64,000 bases of DNA from Nemertoderma westbladi (Eukaryota > Animalia > Xenacoelomorpha): NCBI GenBank assembly GCA_032718475.1, contig JAUCBJ010004091.1:7778-71777 (forward strand), given 5' to 3'. The stretch's first letter is position 1; each line of letters starts with the position of its first letter. This document shows, one piece after another, positions 24,734 through 38,998 of the stretch. The notes under the pieces were generated by a model. That model worked only from the letters and a program-made list of their open reading frames with translations, was not told the DNA's origin and did not search any database. The translations under genes and the position numbers were made by a program.

Positions 24734-27534
24734 TTAAGTTGGGGAGTCCCTAGATGTTTGTTGGATTAGGGAGGTGGTCGTGGGAAGAGTATCTTGCCTC
24801 CCATAGTTTCCGGAGAGTTCTCTGTCTCTTTCCAGTAAACATAAGCGACCAACTGGGCGATTGAGCTGCTGTGTCTCGAAGACAATTCCCGGTTTCTTGA
24901 AGTTACGTCGCATGACGACGAGTTCTACCGATCGCACCAAACCGTCATCCGAGATGTGAGTCTCGATGATACGACCTGTCTGCCACCGCTTACGTGGAAG
25001 ATCTACATCCACAATAAGAACCATGTCTCCAGCGCTGACGTTTTCTTGCTGCGCAAACCACTTAGTTCGAAGTTGTAGAGTGGGCAGATAATGTTTTTCG
25101 AAATGGTCAGCGAAACGACGGGATAACAACTGCATGAGTTGCCAAGTTTGCCGGCAGTATTCGTCTCCGTCTGTGATTTCCGATTGTGGGAGCATGGCTA
25201 CAGGTTTCTTCAGTAGGAAATGCGCGGGTGTTAGCGCTTCCAGGGAATCGGGACTCGATGAGACTGGCATAAGCGGTCTCTCGTTGAGATAGGCGGCGAT
25301 TTCCTCCATTAACGTCCGCAAAAGTTCGTCGGTGAGATACGCGCGGCAAGGCACTATAAAGTGAAATGCGGTCTTCACACTTCTTATTAATCTCTCCCAA
25401 CTTCCTCCCCACCAAGGGGCGTCGGCGGCGTTGAAGGTCCAGCTAGACGCTGTTACTCGTAGCTGATCGTCCACCTGTCTTTGGTTCCAATCTTTGACGT
25501 AAGCTTTGATTTCATTGTTGGCACCAATGAAGTTTGTTCCCTTATCAGATCTCATCGTGTTACTAGTGCCAAAGCGAGCGATCTGTCGTCGTAAGCTTAA
25601 TAGAAAGCTGTTGGTAGATAAATCGTTCACCATATCGAGATGGATAGCTCTACAAGTCATACAAACAAAGATTACACACCATCTCTTGACTATAGTCCTA
25701 GCACGATATACTTCAATAGGGCCAAATAAATCTACACCGGTATTAGTAAAGGGTGGTTCATAGAAGCTTATTCGTTCCCTAGGTAATTCTGCCTCTCGCT
25801 GTGTTAAAGGCCTACTGAATGCTTTCCTACAGGGTATGCAGTTCCTAAGAACTTGGTTCAGAGCTCTACGGGGTTTATAAAAATAATAGCGAGTTCGAAT
25901 TTCGCTAAGAACTCGTTCTCTACCAGCATGATAAAGTTTGCTGTGAACATCTACAATCATCTTGACTTGTATTTCAAGATTTCTAATGAGTATGGGGAAC
26001 TTAGTGTCAAAGGATAATGGAGCATTCGTTAATCTTCCTCCAACACGTATCAACCCATCTATCATTGTGCTAGAGAAACGATCCCTTAAGCGCATCTGTG
26101 GATTTCTCAACAACAGGAAATACTTATCGGAATCCTCATAGCATTGCAGGAGTCTCAGCATCTGCTTGTTGGTTTCGTCATGTTCCTGATAACTGATCTT
26201 CTCCTTCAGAAACCTGTCGGATATCTTATATTTGGGAAGATCTTTAATAACATGGACCTGCACTGATGTTATTGGAGCGGTATCACCTTTGGCCTTCATC
26301 CCGGAGTAGTGATGGTGAAAACATCTCTTTAAATATGTAACGGCCTTACAGAGCCGATTCCAGGAACTGTAGTGATGTATCGCTCTCTGCAGAAGAGGTG
26401 AGAGTCCTTGCGAGACGTCTGGTATTCCAGATTTCCAATCCTTCTCACGGATTTCCACAACAAGTTTATTTGTGGCTGTGGGTTTCTGATCCAAAGCGTC
26501 GTCTCCGGAAATATGTAGTACAGACAGATCTACCATGGGTTTGAATAACTTCGATTTACTCGCCCGAGTTTTAGGTTTGACTTTCTCCGCTCCCTTGGCC
26601 TGTCTAATCTCTGCTGTAGTAAGATGAGGAGGCCATTCTTCTTCTTCTTTGTAGAGGAAGTCGGGTCCACCTAACCAGTCTGGAGTGTCTACCAGTTCTT
26701 GTGGAGTTGCTCCCCTGGAGGCGATGTCTGCTGGATTAATCGTTCCGGGGCAATGTCTCCATTGATCCATCGTTGTGCGACTGAGTATAATGGCTACTCT
26801 GTTGGTAACGAAGACGCTGAACTGACAGACTTCATTGGTTATATACTCCAACACGAGTAAAGCGTCGGTCCAATAGACAGTTTTCTCCAGTGGATAGTCG
26901 ATCTGTTCTGTTACATTCCGGCCGATGGCTGTAGCGTATAGAGCCGCTTTTAACTCCGGGTCTTAGTTTCTGGGAGATCATCTTTTATTAGATCCAGGTC
27001 TTTCGCTCCTCGATCTTCTACCTGGATCGACTCCAGAAACTCACGGGAGTTGCTGGTGAATTTAGTTAATCGAAATCCACCTCTTTTTAAGCACTCTACC
27101 GTTCCTTTAGCGACATCGATGGCTTCTTCGACTGATGGAAGGGACTTTAGATTGTCGTCCATGTATATATCCCGCTTAATGTTGTCAATCACCTCTTTAG
27201 AGAAGGCGTCTCGGTTGTCATCCGCAGTGGTGCGCACCACGGAACAGGCGTTTGAAGGGCTCGAGATTATCCCAAAAGCTTGGATGGTCATCCAGTACTC
27301 CACCGGTTTCTGGTTGAGGTCTCCTTCAGGCCACCACAGAAATCGTAGGCTATCTCGATCCCTATCCAGCGCTTTGACTTGTAAGAACATGCCTTCTATA
27401 TCTGAGGCGAAAGCAATGGAATATTGTCTTAATCTTAAAAGTATTCCCAACAATGATTGGAGTAAGTTGGGTCCGGGTAGCAATTCAGAATTAAGGGATT
27501 GGCCCATATAGAGGGCGGAGCCGTCAAACACCAC
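24734..27534 (-). pseudogene. BEL/Pao pol remnant: partial RT, RNase H end, open integrase frame
   Basis: ORF 26950..27534 (RT), deletion near 26955, then ORF 24734..26854 with HHCC zinc finger and DDE core. Confidence 0.92.
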
Positions 27535-27539
27535 ACGGT

Positions 27540-29431
27540 AGCGGGCGGACGAGGGACAATGGGCGACAAATCATTAATTTTTCGCTCGGAGTCAGGGACA
27601 TGAACATTTTCAGGGGTGGTTCTGTGGGGCACAGGTAGCTTAGTGCTGTGCAGAGGGAATTTAGAGGTAGGTTCTGGGAGCACAGGTGTCTCTATCACCG
27701 AAGGGGTGATTTCAAGAACAGGCCTAATTATTTCAGGCTCATCTACTATAGTAGGGAGTCTTTCTATTTTAATTATTTGGTCTGTGGGTTCTGCACTACC
27801 TAAGTCTGTGTTAGTTAGTTGCCTTCTAACAGCTGGGGGCAAATCAGGCAATTTGTGACGGTGAGATGTTCTTCTACGCCTACTTAGACGAGATCTATTT
27901 CCTCCGCCTTCAGGATCGGTGGTATCGCCTTCCTCAGATGATGTATAACCCTGTCTTTTGGGAGTAGATCGATTCATCATCTGCATATTACTGGCTGTTA
28001 ACTGTTTATTAAAGTTGTCTTGCCTCTCTTGAAGATTTTCCAACTCTAGTTGGGCAGTCTCTTCAGACGCCTTTCGTTCTGCTTCTGCCACTGCAGCTGC
28101 TAAAGCCGCTTTTCTTTCTGCTTCTGCCACTGCAGCTGCCAAGGCCGCTTTTCTTTCTGCCTCTGCCACTACAGCTGCCAAGGCCGCTTTTCTTTCTGCC
28201 TCTGCCACTGCCGCCTTTCTTTCTGCTTCTGCCACTGCTGCTGCCACTGCTGCTATCTTTCTGTCTTCTATACGTTTTTTCTTTATTGTTCTTCTTGAAC
28301 CTTAGTGATGCGGATGCTTTCATCAAATTTAGCTTGGTTCGCAGCTCTCATATCCACATCGATGGCGTCCAACACACGCTGGGCTCCTTCACTATTAGGG
28401 CTAAGTCCATCTAGCCTTCTCCTCAACTCTTCATCACCTAAAAAACGTTGATAGTCTGACAGATAGATGTCAATGGCATCCCTCTTATGCGGTTTCTCTG
28501 CCGTCGCTTCACTTTCCACTTGGGAAAAAGTAGCGTCTGTTGATTCTCCATGGGTTGAGCGCTCATCCAGTTGAACTTTCCACTGAGCCGTTCCTTGAAC
28601 CTGGAGACTCACCCGTTGAAACCAAGTCTTTACGGCAACTTGCAGCGACGTGTCTTGTCTTCTTTTAGAAGCCTCCTCAAAGGCAGATAAGATTAGCCTG
28701 ATTCGTAGAATTCTTTCTCTAACTTGATAAAGCAGCTGTCCCTGCTCTTGAGGTCCTTGGGGTTGTTGAAACAGTTGTTCTTTTAATCGCTCCATAGAGC
28801 TGAAGAATCCCTGTACGTATCCGGCTGCGGACCTCTTCCACACAGCTGGATCGATGGTTTCCTTGGTTACTCCCATCCTGTGTATATCTTCCCAGGCAGC
28901 TTCTGATAAATCAAACGGGAGTCCGGGTCCGGGGAAGTTCCATTGCGACTCGACAATAGACTTCAGTTCTTCCCTTGTGTATCCCGCATAACAATCTTTA
29001 GTCGATCGCTTACTTCTCACCCAATTGATCTGGTGTTCTTCCACCGCAATCAATAACCTAGTGAGTACGGCTGCAGGAAGGATGAGAAGGGGATCCGAAT
29101 AAACCGCATCCATCATCTTTGCTCTGCGCTCGGGTGTCAGCTCTACAGTATCCTCACTACTGGAGCTGTCGGGCCGTTGAGAAATAAGTTCTTGGCTCGC
29201 GGGTTGTTGCTGTTCCGCTGCTTCTTGGTCCCGCTTGACCTGAGCTCGAGTGCCTATGATAGACCTACGATGTTGGACTAGCCTAGGGTCTGATATTACT
29301 ATGGGAGGGATGATCTTTCTTACAGTAGGAGGTGAGTTGAACTTCGGTCCTACACGTTCCACACTCCTGTCTGGGTCACATATGGTTGTATCTAGGAGAC
29401 TGTCTGACAGATTTTGCTTTGTGTCAGACAT
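27540..29431 (-). pseudogene. BEL gag N-terminal region, frameshifted and truncated
   Basis: ORFs 28283..29431 and 27435..28247 are collinear homologues of the open gag frame at 61391; frameshift near 28285; Ala-rich (AAVAEAERK) repeats. Confidence 0.85.
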
Positions 29432-32045
29432 GTTGGTTTGTACAGTTGAATGCCTACTGCTATATTACAGTTTAAGCAAGTCTAGTAATTCAGTATCACT
29501 GTTAGCCTAGTAATTAATTACCGATACTGCTACTTAGTGTAGCGTGATATATGTATAATATATTAGAATACCGATATGCTTATAGTATATATAAGTATTA
29601 TTACAGACTAGGTTTGTCACAGGATACCGGTATGTAATTCCAGCCTAAATTTATATATATATAATAGGCCTATCGTGAATACCGGTATACAGCTTACACT
29701 TATAATGTATATATATAAGTATAATTACAGACTAGAATTAATTACAGAATACCGGTATAATTTCAGCCTAAAATTCATAGAAATAAATATAATAAGCCTA
29801 TTGTAAATACCGGTATGTCAATTATTTTAGAATAATTGAATTTCTGAATTTTAAGGGTTACTTGGTTACTTTAACTTACTTTATTACCGTTATTTAAGCA
29901 GTAGTCCAACTGATATTTAGACCTAATTGATGTATGGCAGGCCTACTATTTATAAATCTTTGAGTTGATTTATAATATATATATACCCGTTTAATGGGTT
30001 TTGTCAATATTTGAAATAAATGTTATTATTTCTGGGGGAGTCACTACACAGAAGCTGTGCGCTCTCAGTGAAGTGCTACTTGTTGGACACTAAAACAAAT
30101 AATTCTAATTTACCTAAGTTACTTAATACTACAAATTACGTACAATTCGGGGTGAGATTACAATCTCTAAATAAACACAAAATTTTACAAGTACGAATTT
30201 TTAGGGTAATTTTACAAGAAGTCTACTAACCAGCCTAACAAAGGGTTAGAATATCTGGTTATTACAAAGGACAGGGTACTACGGTATTTGAAAATAATAA
30301 GTAGTAGTAAATATACTGCGTTGTCCAGATAGGAAAATACCACCATCTGACGACTTATAGCCGTATCGCTATAAGTACTACGTTATGTATCACGGAGTGT
30401 TCCTACCTAGAAGTTAATTACCGCGGTCTACCAGAACCAACGTGCCTATTAACCACTTTACAACACAAATATACTGACTACACACTAATCACCTTCGGAA
30501 AGTACTGTACACTAAACCCTAAATTAGGTACAAGTACTTATACAACAAATAATTAGTAGTTAAAATACTTGAACAGCTAAAAGAACCACGGTATCTGCCG
30601 GAGTGACCAAAGCACAAAATCTCCAGTCTTTACCTACGCCAAGCAGCCCTGATGTAGTACCGGGGTTAGTTTAACTATAACGGTATATATAACAATCACA
30701 ATTACTGTAGGAATAAACTTGGGGATATCAATGTTGCGAATAATCGCATAAACTCTGAATAATAAATATTACGCTACGCGTACAGACTACTCAAACAAAA
30801 TGCAGACCCAATACTGACAGACTACTATCAAGCCCAAACAAACTACGGTATATGCAGACTCCGAAATGGTTAGTTAGTATGCGTTCTAACCCAGTAGTAT
30901 GACTTATTCTTTCGATGGGGATTTACCTTACAGCTCTGGCTGCCCCTACTTTCCTAACCCAGTACCTTATCGGACATACACTCTACACACACCGAAATTC
31001 TTTCAGACCTAACAACAGCGTCCCTGATTAATTATTAAGACCTACTGGTATATAATAATCAAAATCGAATAATACTGCAGTACCTGTACTGCTGTAGGTA
31101 CCGGTCCTGGTGGTTAGGTAGTCAGGCCTACTGGGTACTGGTTGCCGGTACTTCAGCTTTATTGCCTACTGCAATATAGAAGCTATATCCGTTATTGTTC
31201 TTACCAGAACAATATTAAACTGTATTTATTGCCTACCCTGCAATTAGACGAAATATCCGTTATTGTTCGCGCTTTCAGACCTTTAGCAGTTTAACCTGCC
31301 AAATTAGGATGTCTTCTAGATAATAGATAGTCTTTAGCCTACGACAAATATTTGATACACTACATTAGCCGAAACCAGTCCATGCGCGATCATTCACCCG
31401 CTGGATATACCCGGGAGACTGGATTCGGAAGCCTAATCGTATTGCGGGATAGGCCTACTGTATTATTCGACTGATCTTAGTATATATAATCTCTGACAAA
31501 TATTATTCACTTTCGGGAAATATTAACAGTTCCTTTAGGACGTGGCGCTTTAAATATATAAACAGAGTTGTGACTTTAACCAGACACAACGGGATGGCTA
31601 TAGATTCACGTATATGGCGCATTCTTTAGGAGATGCTTCGTTATCAATCACAATCATACACAATACTGCACAATGCTGCACACTAATCTGCCGACCTTCA
31701 CTAATTTTAGTCACATATAAGGAGAACAACAGACAATACGTGTAGGGCCTATAAAATAGCATTAGATTCACTTCAAACCACTTAATGTAAGTCGCAATCG
31801 TTATATGTATCCGGTCTCTCTAACCTTTAGTATATCAAGAAGATTGGGGTGTCTGATTGTTTATCAGTATTCCAAATATAATGTTACATCAACAAATATA
31901 ATGAATAACCGACAGCAAAGCAGTAATGTTAAGAATTGATATGACATTTAATTGTATTAATTCCAACATATGGAGTAAAGATTTAAAATCAATTAATATA
32001 TCGCTGCAATAAATTAATAAAATTATTTAATAAAAAGAGTTCATG

Positions 32046-33793
32046 TTAATCATTAGAGGGGGAGGGGTCGGTGGGCAGGTCTGCAAGGAACATTGCCGTA
32101 CGTAACGCTGATATAGCTGGAGGGACGCCGGCGCACGCTCTATAGTGTACCGCACTGTCCGCTGTGGCCCCGCATAAGCGACAGTGGCACTGTTCAGCTG
32201 GACGCCAGCAGCTGGGGGTCGCACAGAGTTTGTGGTGAAAACCGTTTGCGATGAGCTGACCAGCGGTGCGGCGCCGATAGCCAGTTAGATTAGCTGGGTC
32301 TATTTCAGACGTTTCGGGGTCGTCTACGACCGACAAGATTGCGGTTGACGAGGCGAATTTGCTAATACCGAACCAGAGTTTCCAATAGAAAGCCCGAATT
32401 CTATGGATGTGGTCCAGCTGTGCAATATTATTTTCCGAAGTGAAAACGCTGCATCCGTAGGATATAGAAGGGTAAATGATGGCAAGCCATAATCGTTTTG
32501 CAGTCGTCATGGATATAACATTTAATTTAACTTTGGTAGCGAGGCGCATACAGCAGGCAATACCTTTACTATATAAATGGGCGTGGTGGCCACCGGGGCC
32601 ATTTTTCGTTGATAGGACGACCCCTAGATATTCGAAGGTGGGTTGGAATTCTATTGGAGTACCGTTATACATCAATATGTCATTGCGGCAGAGTCGACCG
32701 CCGTTTCGGAATTTCACTGCTTTTGTTTTCAGTATATTGACTTGTAGGTCGTTGCGGGAGCAATAGTCAGATAATTTATCCAAACCATCCTGGACTGTAT
32801 CTATCGAGTCACCGGCAATTACGAGGTCATCAGCGTACATGATTACCCAGCAGGCAACTGCCATAATTGCTGCTGGTAAGTCGGCGACTAGAAGGCTGAA
32901 CAATAAGGGGGAGAGTTTATCTCCTTGGACTACCCCTACAGTTTGGCTGATTGGTTCCAGAACGTACGGTCCAATACAGAGACATACAAAGTTAATCGCA
33001 ATTAGCACCCAAATAACACGTATGAACTTGCTGCTGACACCACAGGCTGATAACTTCTTGCAGAGAGTCTCTCTATTTACCGAGTCGAACGCCTTTGTAA
33101 AGTCGACAAATATACAGTATAGATGGCCGCCAGAAGGCGCTATTGCCATGTTGATACGGCTATACAAAGATTTAACGGCCATTATTGTGGAGCGGGCCTT
33201 CTGGAAACCGTATTGTTGATCGGGTAGAATGTAATTAGCTTCCGCCCACTTGTATAGTCTCGAGCTAATGATTGCGGTGTAAGTTTTAAGTAAACAGGAA
33301 AGGAGTGCGATACCCCGATAACAGTTAGGGTCGGACTTCGCTCCCTTGCCCTTGTAAAGAGGAATCAAGTACGAGATAAGCCACTGAACTGGGCAGCTGG
33401 CGGTTGAGAAACACAGCGAGAACAGGGCAAGTAGGTATGGGAGAAGGTGCGCCAATCCCCATTTGAGGGATTCGTTAGTGATCCCGTCGGGACCAGCCAC
33501 CTTCTTTCGCTTCTGGTTTTTTATGGCTTCAGTAACTTCGTTTGCATCTATAGGTGCGTCGAGTATACCATCGGGATTGTCGGGGATATCAGGGAAGTTT
33601 GGTTCGCGTTTCGCTGTTAGCAGATTCGTAAAGTGCATTACCCAAGACTCCTCCGCAACTTGGTGAGCGGTTGGTTTTGTTTGAGCTCCGCCCTTTAGAA
33701 TATTCCAGAACGCTGATTTATCTGATTCGCAGGTGTCAATTAGCTCGTGTTCCTTGCGTGTTTTGAATAGCTTCCTTTTATTATTTAACAGGA
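32046..33793 (-). CDS. LINE ORF2, RT and C-terminal zinc finger part
   Basis: Open frame LLNNKRKLF...YADD...CRLCGATADSAVHYRAC; the first ~24 aa in the ORF track are Gypsy LTR sequence. Confidence 0.9.
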
Positions 33794-34069
33794 TGTAGTA
33801 AAGTAATAATATATCAGCATGTCTGGCTGTATAATATATAAGTGCCAACGTACAGAAGTGCAAATGTATCCCGGTAATGCATGCAGTACTGATGCATGCA
33901 GTACGGAGATATACCCCAGGCCAAACTATATAATAATACCGTAATACTGCAGTTCGTGGTGAGTCCTATATATCAGTAGTCCCATGGCCTATGTATATGG
34001 GGCGAGCCATATAATATAGTCTGAAGTCCTGATGTCACTACACCCCCCTTCGAGCTCGTGTGTAGCGAG

Positions 34070-37000
34070 TTATAAACGCACAGGTGGTTTTCTGCGCCTA
34101 GAGGGATATCTGCGGGGTTGTGCTGGGCTCGTGTGGGCTTGGACCAGCTGGTGGTCCCATGTGACAGTTTTAGGTGGCCGGGATGAGTCAATGTCTGCCG
34201 CGGCCGCTGGTGTATTGGCCAGGAGTTTGGCATCGCCGGAAGACCTTGGGAAGGAGGTGTCACGGAGTAGGAACCGACGATTCCGGGAGATGGTGCGGCC
34301 GGAGGGGGTCCGGACCGTGAGTTTCCGGTGGGGTCCAGTCTCTACAACCGTACCCTTGCGGTTCCACCGCTTGGTACGGGGGTCCTGGATGAGGACCGGG
34401 TCGCTGACTGCAAGGGGAGGAAGGTTCTGAGCCGCTTTATTGTAGTTGGTGACTCGGGCAGCGTGTAACGCTGGGGAGACCTCGTCCAGGCGCCGCCTAG
34501 CGGCCTGGTGGTCTGATTTGAAGGCACTATGGTGCGCGGGAATGCGTGTTCGTAGTGGGTGCCCGTAAAGGATCTGGGACGGCGAGAATCCGCTCTCACG
34601 TGGGCTGTTACGGAGGGCCAGGAGACCCTCAGTGAAAGCTGCCGAATTTGGGGACCCTCCCGTTTTGCTGAGGAGGCCTTTGAGGGCCTTTACCGTGGCC
34701 TCAGCATGACCATTACCCTGGGGGTATTCCGCAGATGAGGTAACCGGGGTAACGCCCCACTCACGTAGGAAGTCGGTAGTTGTGGCGGCTGTGAGTGGTG
34801 TTCCGCCGTCTGAGCGGAGCCGGGTAGGGATGCCGTATCGAATAAACCACTGGCGGAGGGCGTTGGTGGTTTGAATGGCATTTGGAGGACTTGGGAAGGT
34901 ATATAGCTCCGGCCAGCCACTGTAGCGGTCCGCCATAGCGAGGAAGTGGCGACCATTGAGGGAGAAGAAGTCTGCAGAGACGTCCTCGAACACGCGGGTG
35001 GGTGGGGGTTCCTCCAGGAATGGTTCTTTGGGCGGGGTCGCCCGGTGACGTAAACAGGATGGGCAGCTGGCCACTGATGTCCTGACGTCATTGGTGAGCC
35101 CGTGCCAGTAGACGCACTGCCGGGCTCGTCGCAGCGATTTATCAACGCCTTGGTGAGGAGTGTGGAGGCGTTCCAGAGTAGTCTGGCGTGCTGCTGCGGG
35201 GATAATAAGACGCTGGCCATAGAGAACTAGGTCACCGTCTGTGGTGAGTGACTCTCGAATCGACCAATAAATGCCCACTGCGGGGTCATTACGCGAAGTG
35301 GGGGGGAAACCGGTCTGAACCGCGGTGTGGAGAGCCACATAGTGTGGGTCCTCCCTGGCAACCACTGAAAGTTCTGCGAGGACAGGGTCCTCCAGATGGT
35401 CGTCCCCGGCAATGGAGGAGACGGTACCGAGAGTGACGGTGCGGAGGTGGAAAGCGGTTTCACCATCTTCCACAAGGTCCGCAGTGGTGGGCTGGTCCAC
35501 GGGGGAACGTGACAGCGCATCGGGAATGGCATGGTCCTTGCCGCGGCACCACGTGGTGGTGAAAATGTAGGGGGCGAGTTTCGACTTTAGCCATTGTATG
35601 CGGGAGTTGTCGAAGTCGCTGTAACCTTTGGTGTTAAGAATGCTCACCAATGGCTGGTGGTCGGTGACCAGCTGAAAGTGTGGGAGCCCAAGGAGGAAAG
35701 TGCGGCATTTGGTAACCGCCCAGACAATGGCCAAGAGTTCGAGTTCGATTGTGGCATACCGTGACTCGGTGTCGCTTGTGAAGCGGGATCCGCATTCGAT
35801 AAGTTTCCACTCGGTATCGTGGAGTTGTAGGAGCGCGTAGCCCAGTCCTTTGAGGCGGGAAGCGTCCGTAACAAGGCGAGTTTCGTGTGATGTGTCGAAT
35901 GGAGCCAGGACTGGAGGCGAAGTGAGAGCGTTTTTGGTCGCGACAAATGCTCGTTCATGGTCGCTGGTCCATATGTATTGAGATTTAATGCTGAGGAGTG
36001 GTCGGAGTGGGAGTATTGACTCGGCAATGGATGCGGAGAACGGAGCCAATTGCTCCACAAGGCCCACAAAGCTCCCCAGGTCAGTGAGATTTTCCGGTCG
36101 TGGAAAGCAGGCGATGGCCTTGAGTTTGTTCGGATCAGCGCGGATGCCGTCGGCCCCAACTAGGAAGCCACCAAACTTGACTTCGTGTTGAGCGAGTTGC
36201 ACTTTAGCCGGGTGTAGACAGATACTGCTGGTCCGGCATCGCTCGAGGAATCGTTGGATACTATTGAGGTGTTCCTCCAGTGTATTGTCAAATAGAAGAA
36301 CGTCGTCAACTATTTTAACCATCCGCGGAAGTCCTCGGAGCGCGTCATCGCCCCGGCGGTTGAACTCGTCCCCGGAGGAGATTAGGCCCATTACACTGCG
36401 GAGGTGTTTATACCGGCCCCATGGAGTGAGGAATGTGGTGAGTGCCTGGGATTCCTCGTCCAAGGGCACCTGCCAATATCCGTGGGCGGCATCGAAAACG
36501 GAGAAATATCGCGCAGTACTGGCGACCTCCGCGACAGCAATTCGTGGATTTGGCGTCGGGTAAAATGGTCGCTTTACCTGGGAGTTCAGGTGGCGGAGGT
36601 CCACGCACAACCGTAATTTCCCGCTAGGTTTCCGTGCGACTGTTAGCGGGTGAGCCCAATCGGTGGGTTCATCCACCCGCTGGATGACTTTCCGGCGTTT
36701 GAGGTCGTCCAGTAGAACCTTAACCTCGTTTCGGAGTGCGAAAGGGATCGGTCGGACGCCGTTAACGTGGTAAGGTGTGGCGCCATCCTTGAGATCGATG
36801 TGCATAGGGGGTCCGGGGATAGTGGAGAGAGGGACGGCCTCGTCGTCAAACACATCCGCAAACTTCTCAAGGAGTATGGTTGGGTTTAGCACCGGTCCGG
36901 ATTGTGGTGCATGTGGAGTGCTGGTGGCTGGTTTGGCAGCCTGGATGTGGGACACTAAGTTCCATCTGGCGGAATGATTGTGACCTCGCGAGTTCGGTGT

Positions 37001-38687
37001 AGGAAAGTTGGACGGGAGAATCCCTAAGTCCATGCACACCGCCTTACTGAGGAATAATCCTTCAGTTTCTGGGGAGATTACGATTTCCGTCGTTGTTCGT
37101 GATTCTCCGCATTTGATAGTGGCCGGGTAGCGGCCTCTTGTTTGGATGCGCAGTCCCTCTGCTGCCACCAAATCTAGGTCCGAGGAGGGAAGCAGAGATG
37201 TGTCGAGGCCCCCCAACTCGTGATAAAGATCCTCGTTGAGGATTGAAGAAGCCGCGCCGCTGTCCGGTAGCGCGCGGTGGATGGTACCCAGAATGTCGCC
37301 GGTTCCGGATTTGGACAGACCCACAGAAACGTAGTCCAGTTGGCAAACGGCAGCCCGGTACTGGAGGTGATTCACGGAATTGCGGGGGAGAACTGTATGT
37401 GTTTTTGCATTTTTGGGAATGGATCCGCCGGACCTGCATACGGTGTGGAAGTGCCCGATCTTCCCGCATCGATGACATTCGATATTGCGGGCAGGGCAGG
37501 AAGCCCTGTTGGGGGCATGTGGGTGGCCGCAATTGCCACAGTTTTTGCGGCGGTCCCCGCTGGGGGCGTGGTTTCTCCTGTATTGTTGTTGACCCGTTGA
37601 GGAGCCGGGTTTCTGGTATCCGGGATTAGGATTTCCGTTACGCATAGGGGAGCGACCCCGCTGTTGTTGGTACCGTGAAACTTTGGCGATGGAGCGGGTA
37701 CCACCCAGGATGGACTGATTTTTTCCGCTGGCCTCCCAACTCCGGCATATTTTTATGCAGTCCTCGAGGGTGGGTTGGGGAAGTACCTTCAACAGTTCGG
37801 TTTGGGTTTCGGCGGAATTTAGTCCGACCAGAATCTGTGTCACGATTTGGTTTTCTCTGCAGTGGTTGCAGAGTTCGGCGTTATCCGCTAATTCCACCAA
37901 CGAGACGTGGAACGCGTCAAAGGGTTCCTGGGGCCCCTGTCGACGTTTATGGAATGCGAGGCGGTCCAAGGCGATGCTCCGTTTGGAGCGGAGATGGGCC
38001 TGCAGTCCATCGAGAATTCGTTTGGTGGTTGTATCGATGCTGTTCAGGTCGATGTGGAGGGTGACTGACACGACCTCCTGTAGGTCAGAACCGAGGGCAG
38101 AGATAAGGGCGTAAACTTGCTCCCCACGCGGGTAAGTTTCCGCCTGCTGCCGACGTCCATTAACATCCCAGCTTTTCCGCCAATGGCGGAAAGCGGGCAG
38201 GTCGACGGTAGTGTCGAGTCTGTCAAGGTTTGTGACGTCGATGAGACGCCGTCGGTTTACTGGTGCAGCGGCGGCGGCTGCTCCGGCGGCAGGTTCAACT
38301 GCGGGATCAACTGGGTTAGGGCGACCCAGTTGGGCAAGGAGGTCAACTGGGTCGCCCTAACTGGGTCGCCCGGTGGGTTAACCGGGCGTCGGATCGGGCC
38401 TGTTGCTCCGCCATGCGGACCTCGGTCTGCTCGAGAACCGCAGCCAGGCGAGCATCCGAGTCCGCCTGTTGTTTAGCGAGGATCATCGCAAAATCCGGAG
38501 TACGTGGGACCGTGGGGGTGTCGTCCGATATTGTTGCGATTAAACGTTTGCGGAGGTTTAGGGTGGAAGTTCGGCCGTCGTAATGAACTCCGGCGTCAGC
38601 ACAATACTGTAGCAGCGACTGATGGTCCAGCTGCTGTATTTCCTCCGGGGTGAGGTCCAGCCATTCGGTGTCGCCGGCGACCGACAT
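34070..38687 (-). CDS. Gypsy gag-pol polyprotein with one frame break near 38360
   Basis: Frame of ORF 34070..38071 stays open upstream to about 38360; ORF 38343..38687 supplies the ATG and N-terminus in another frame. Confidence 0.88.
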
Positions 38688-38736
38688 CGTATCAGCTGCT
38701 GGAGTCTATATTGATCCCTGGCGGATGGTAGATAGA

Positions 38737-38752
38737 GCTACTCGCAGCGCCA
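38737..38752 (-). promoter_or_regulatory. Gypsy primer-binding site, tRNA-Ser-like
   Basis: TGGCGCTGCGAGTAGC directly after the 5' LTR; resembles the complement of tRNA-Ser 3' ends (recalled, not searched). Confidence 0.75.
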
Positions 38753-38998
38753 TGTAGTAAAGTAATAATATATCAGCATGTCTGGCTGTATAATATATAA
38801 GTGCCAACGTACAGAAGTGCAAATGTATCCCGGTAATGCATGCAGTACTGATGCATGCAGTACGGAGATATACCCCAGGCCAAACTATATAATAATACCG
38901 TAATACTGCAGTTCGTGGTGAGTCCTATATATCAGTAGTCCCATGGCCTATGTATATGGGGCGAGCCATATAATATAGTCTGAAGTCCTGATGTACGT

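Larger units (their letters stand above)
33794..38994 (-). mobile_element. Ty3/Gypsy LTR retrotransposon, Mag-like
   Basis: 249-bp LTRs (33794-34042, 38753-38994), identical by eye, with TGTAG..CTACA ends; PPT at 34043-34051; PBS TGGCGCTGCGAGTAG; single gag-pol with two Cys/His knuckles, DSG protease, IVDD RT, RNase H and integrase. Confidence 0.95.

Noticed and set aside
31200-31207. TGGTAAG as a tRNA PBS for BEL element 1
   Set aside because: About 55 nt from the LTR, sits in a hairpin loop and is absent in element 2.
34032-38476. Numerous overlapping short ORFs inside the Gypsy element
   Set aside because: Shadow frames expected in GC-rich coding DNA; no independent motifs.
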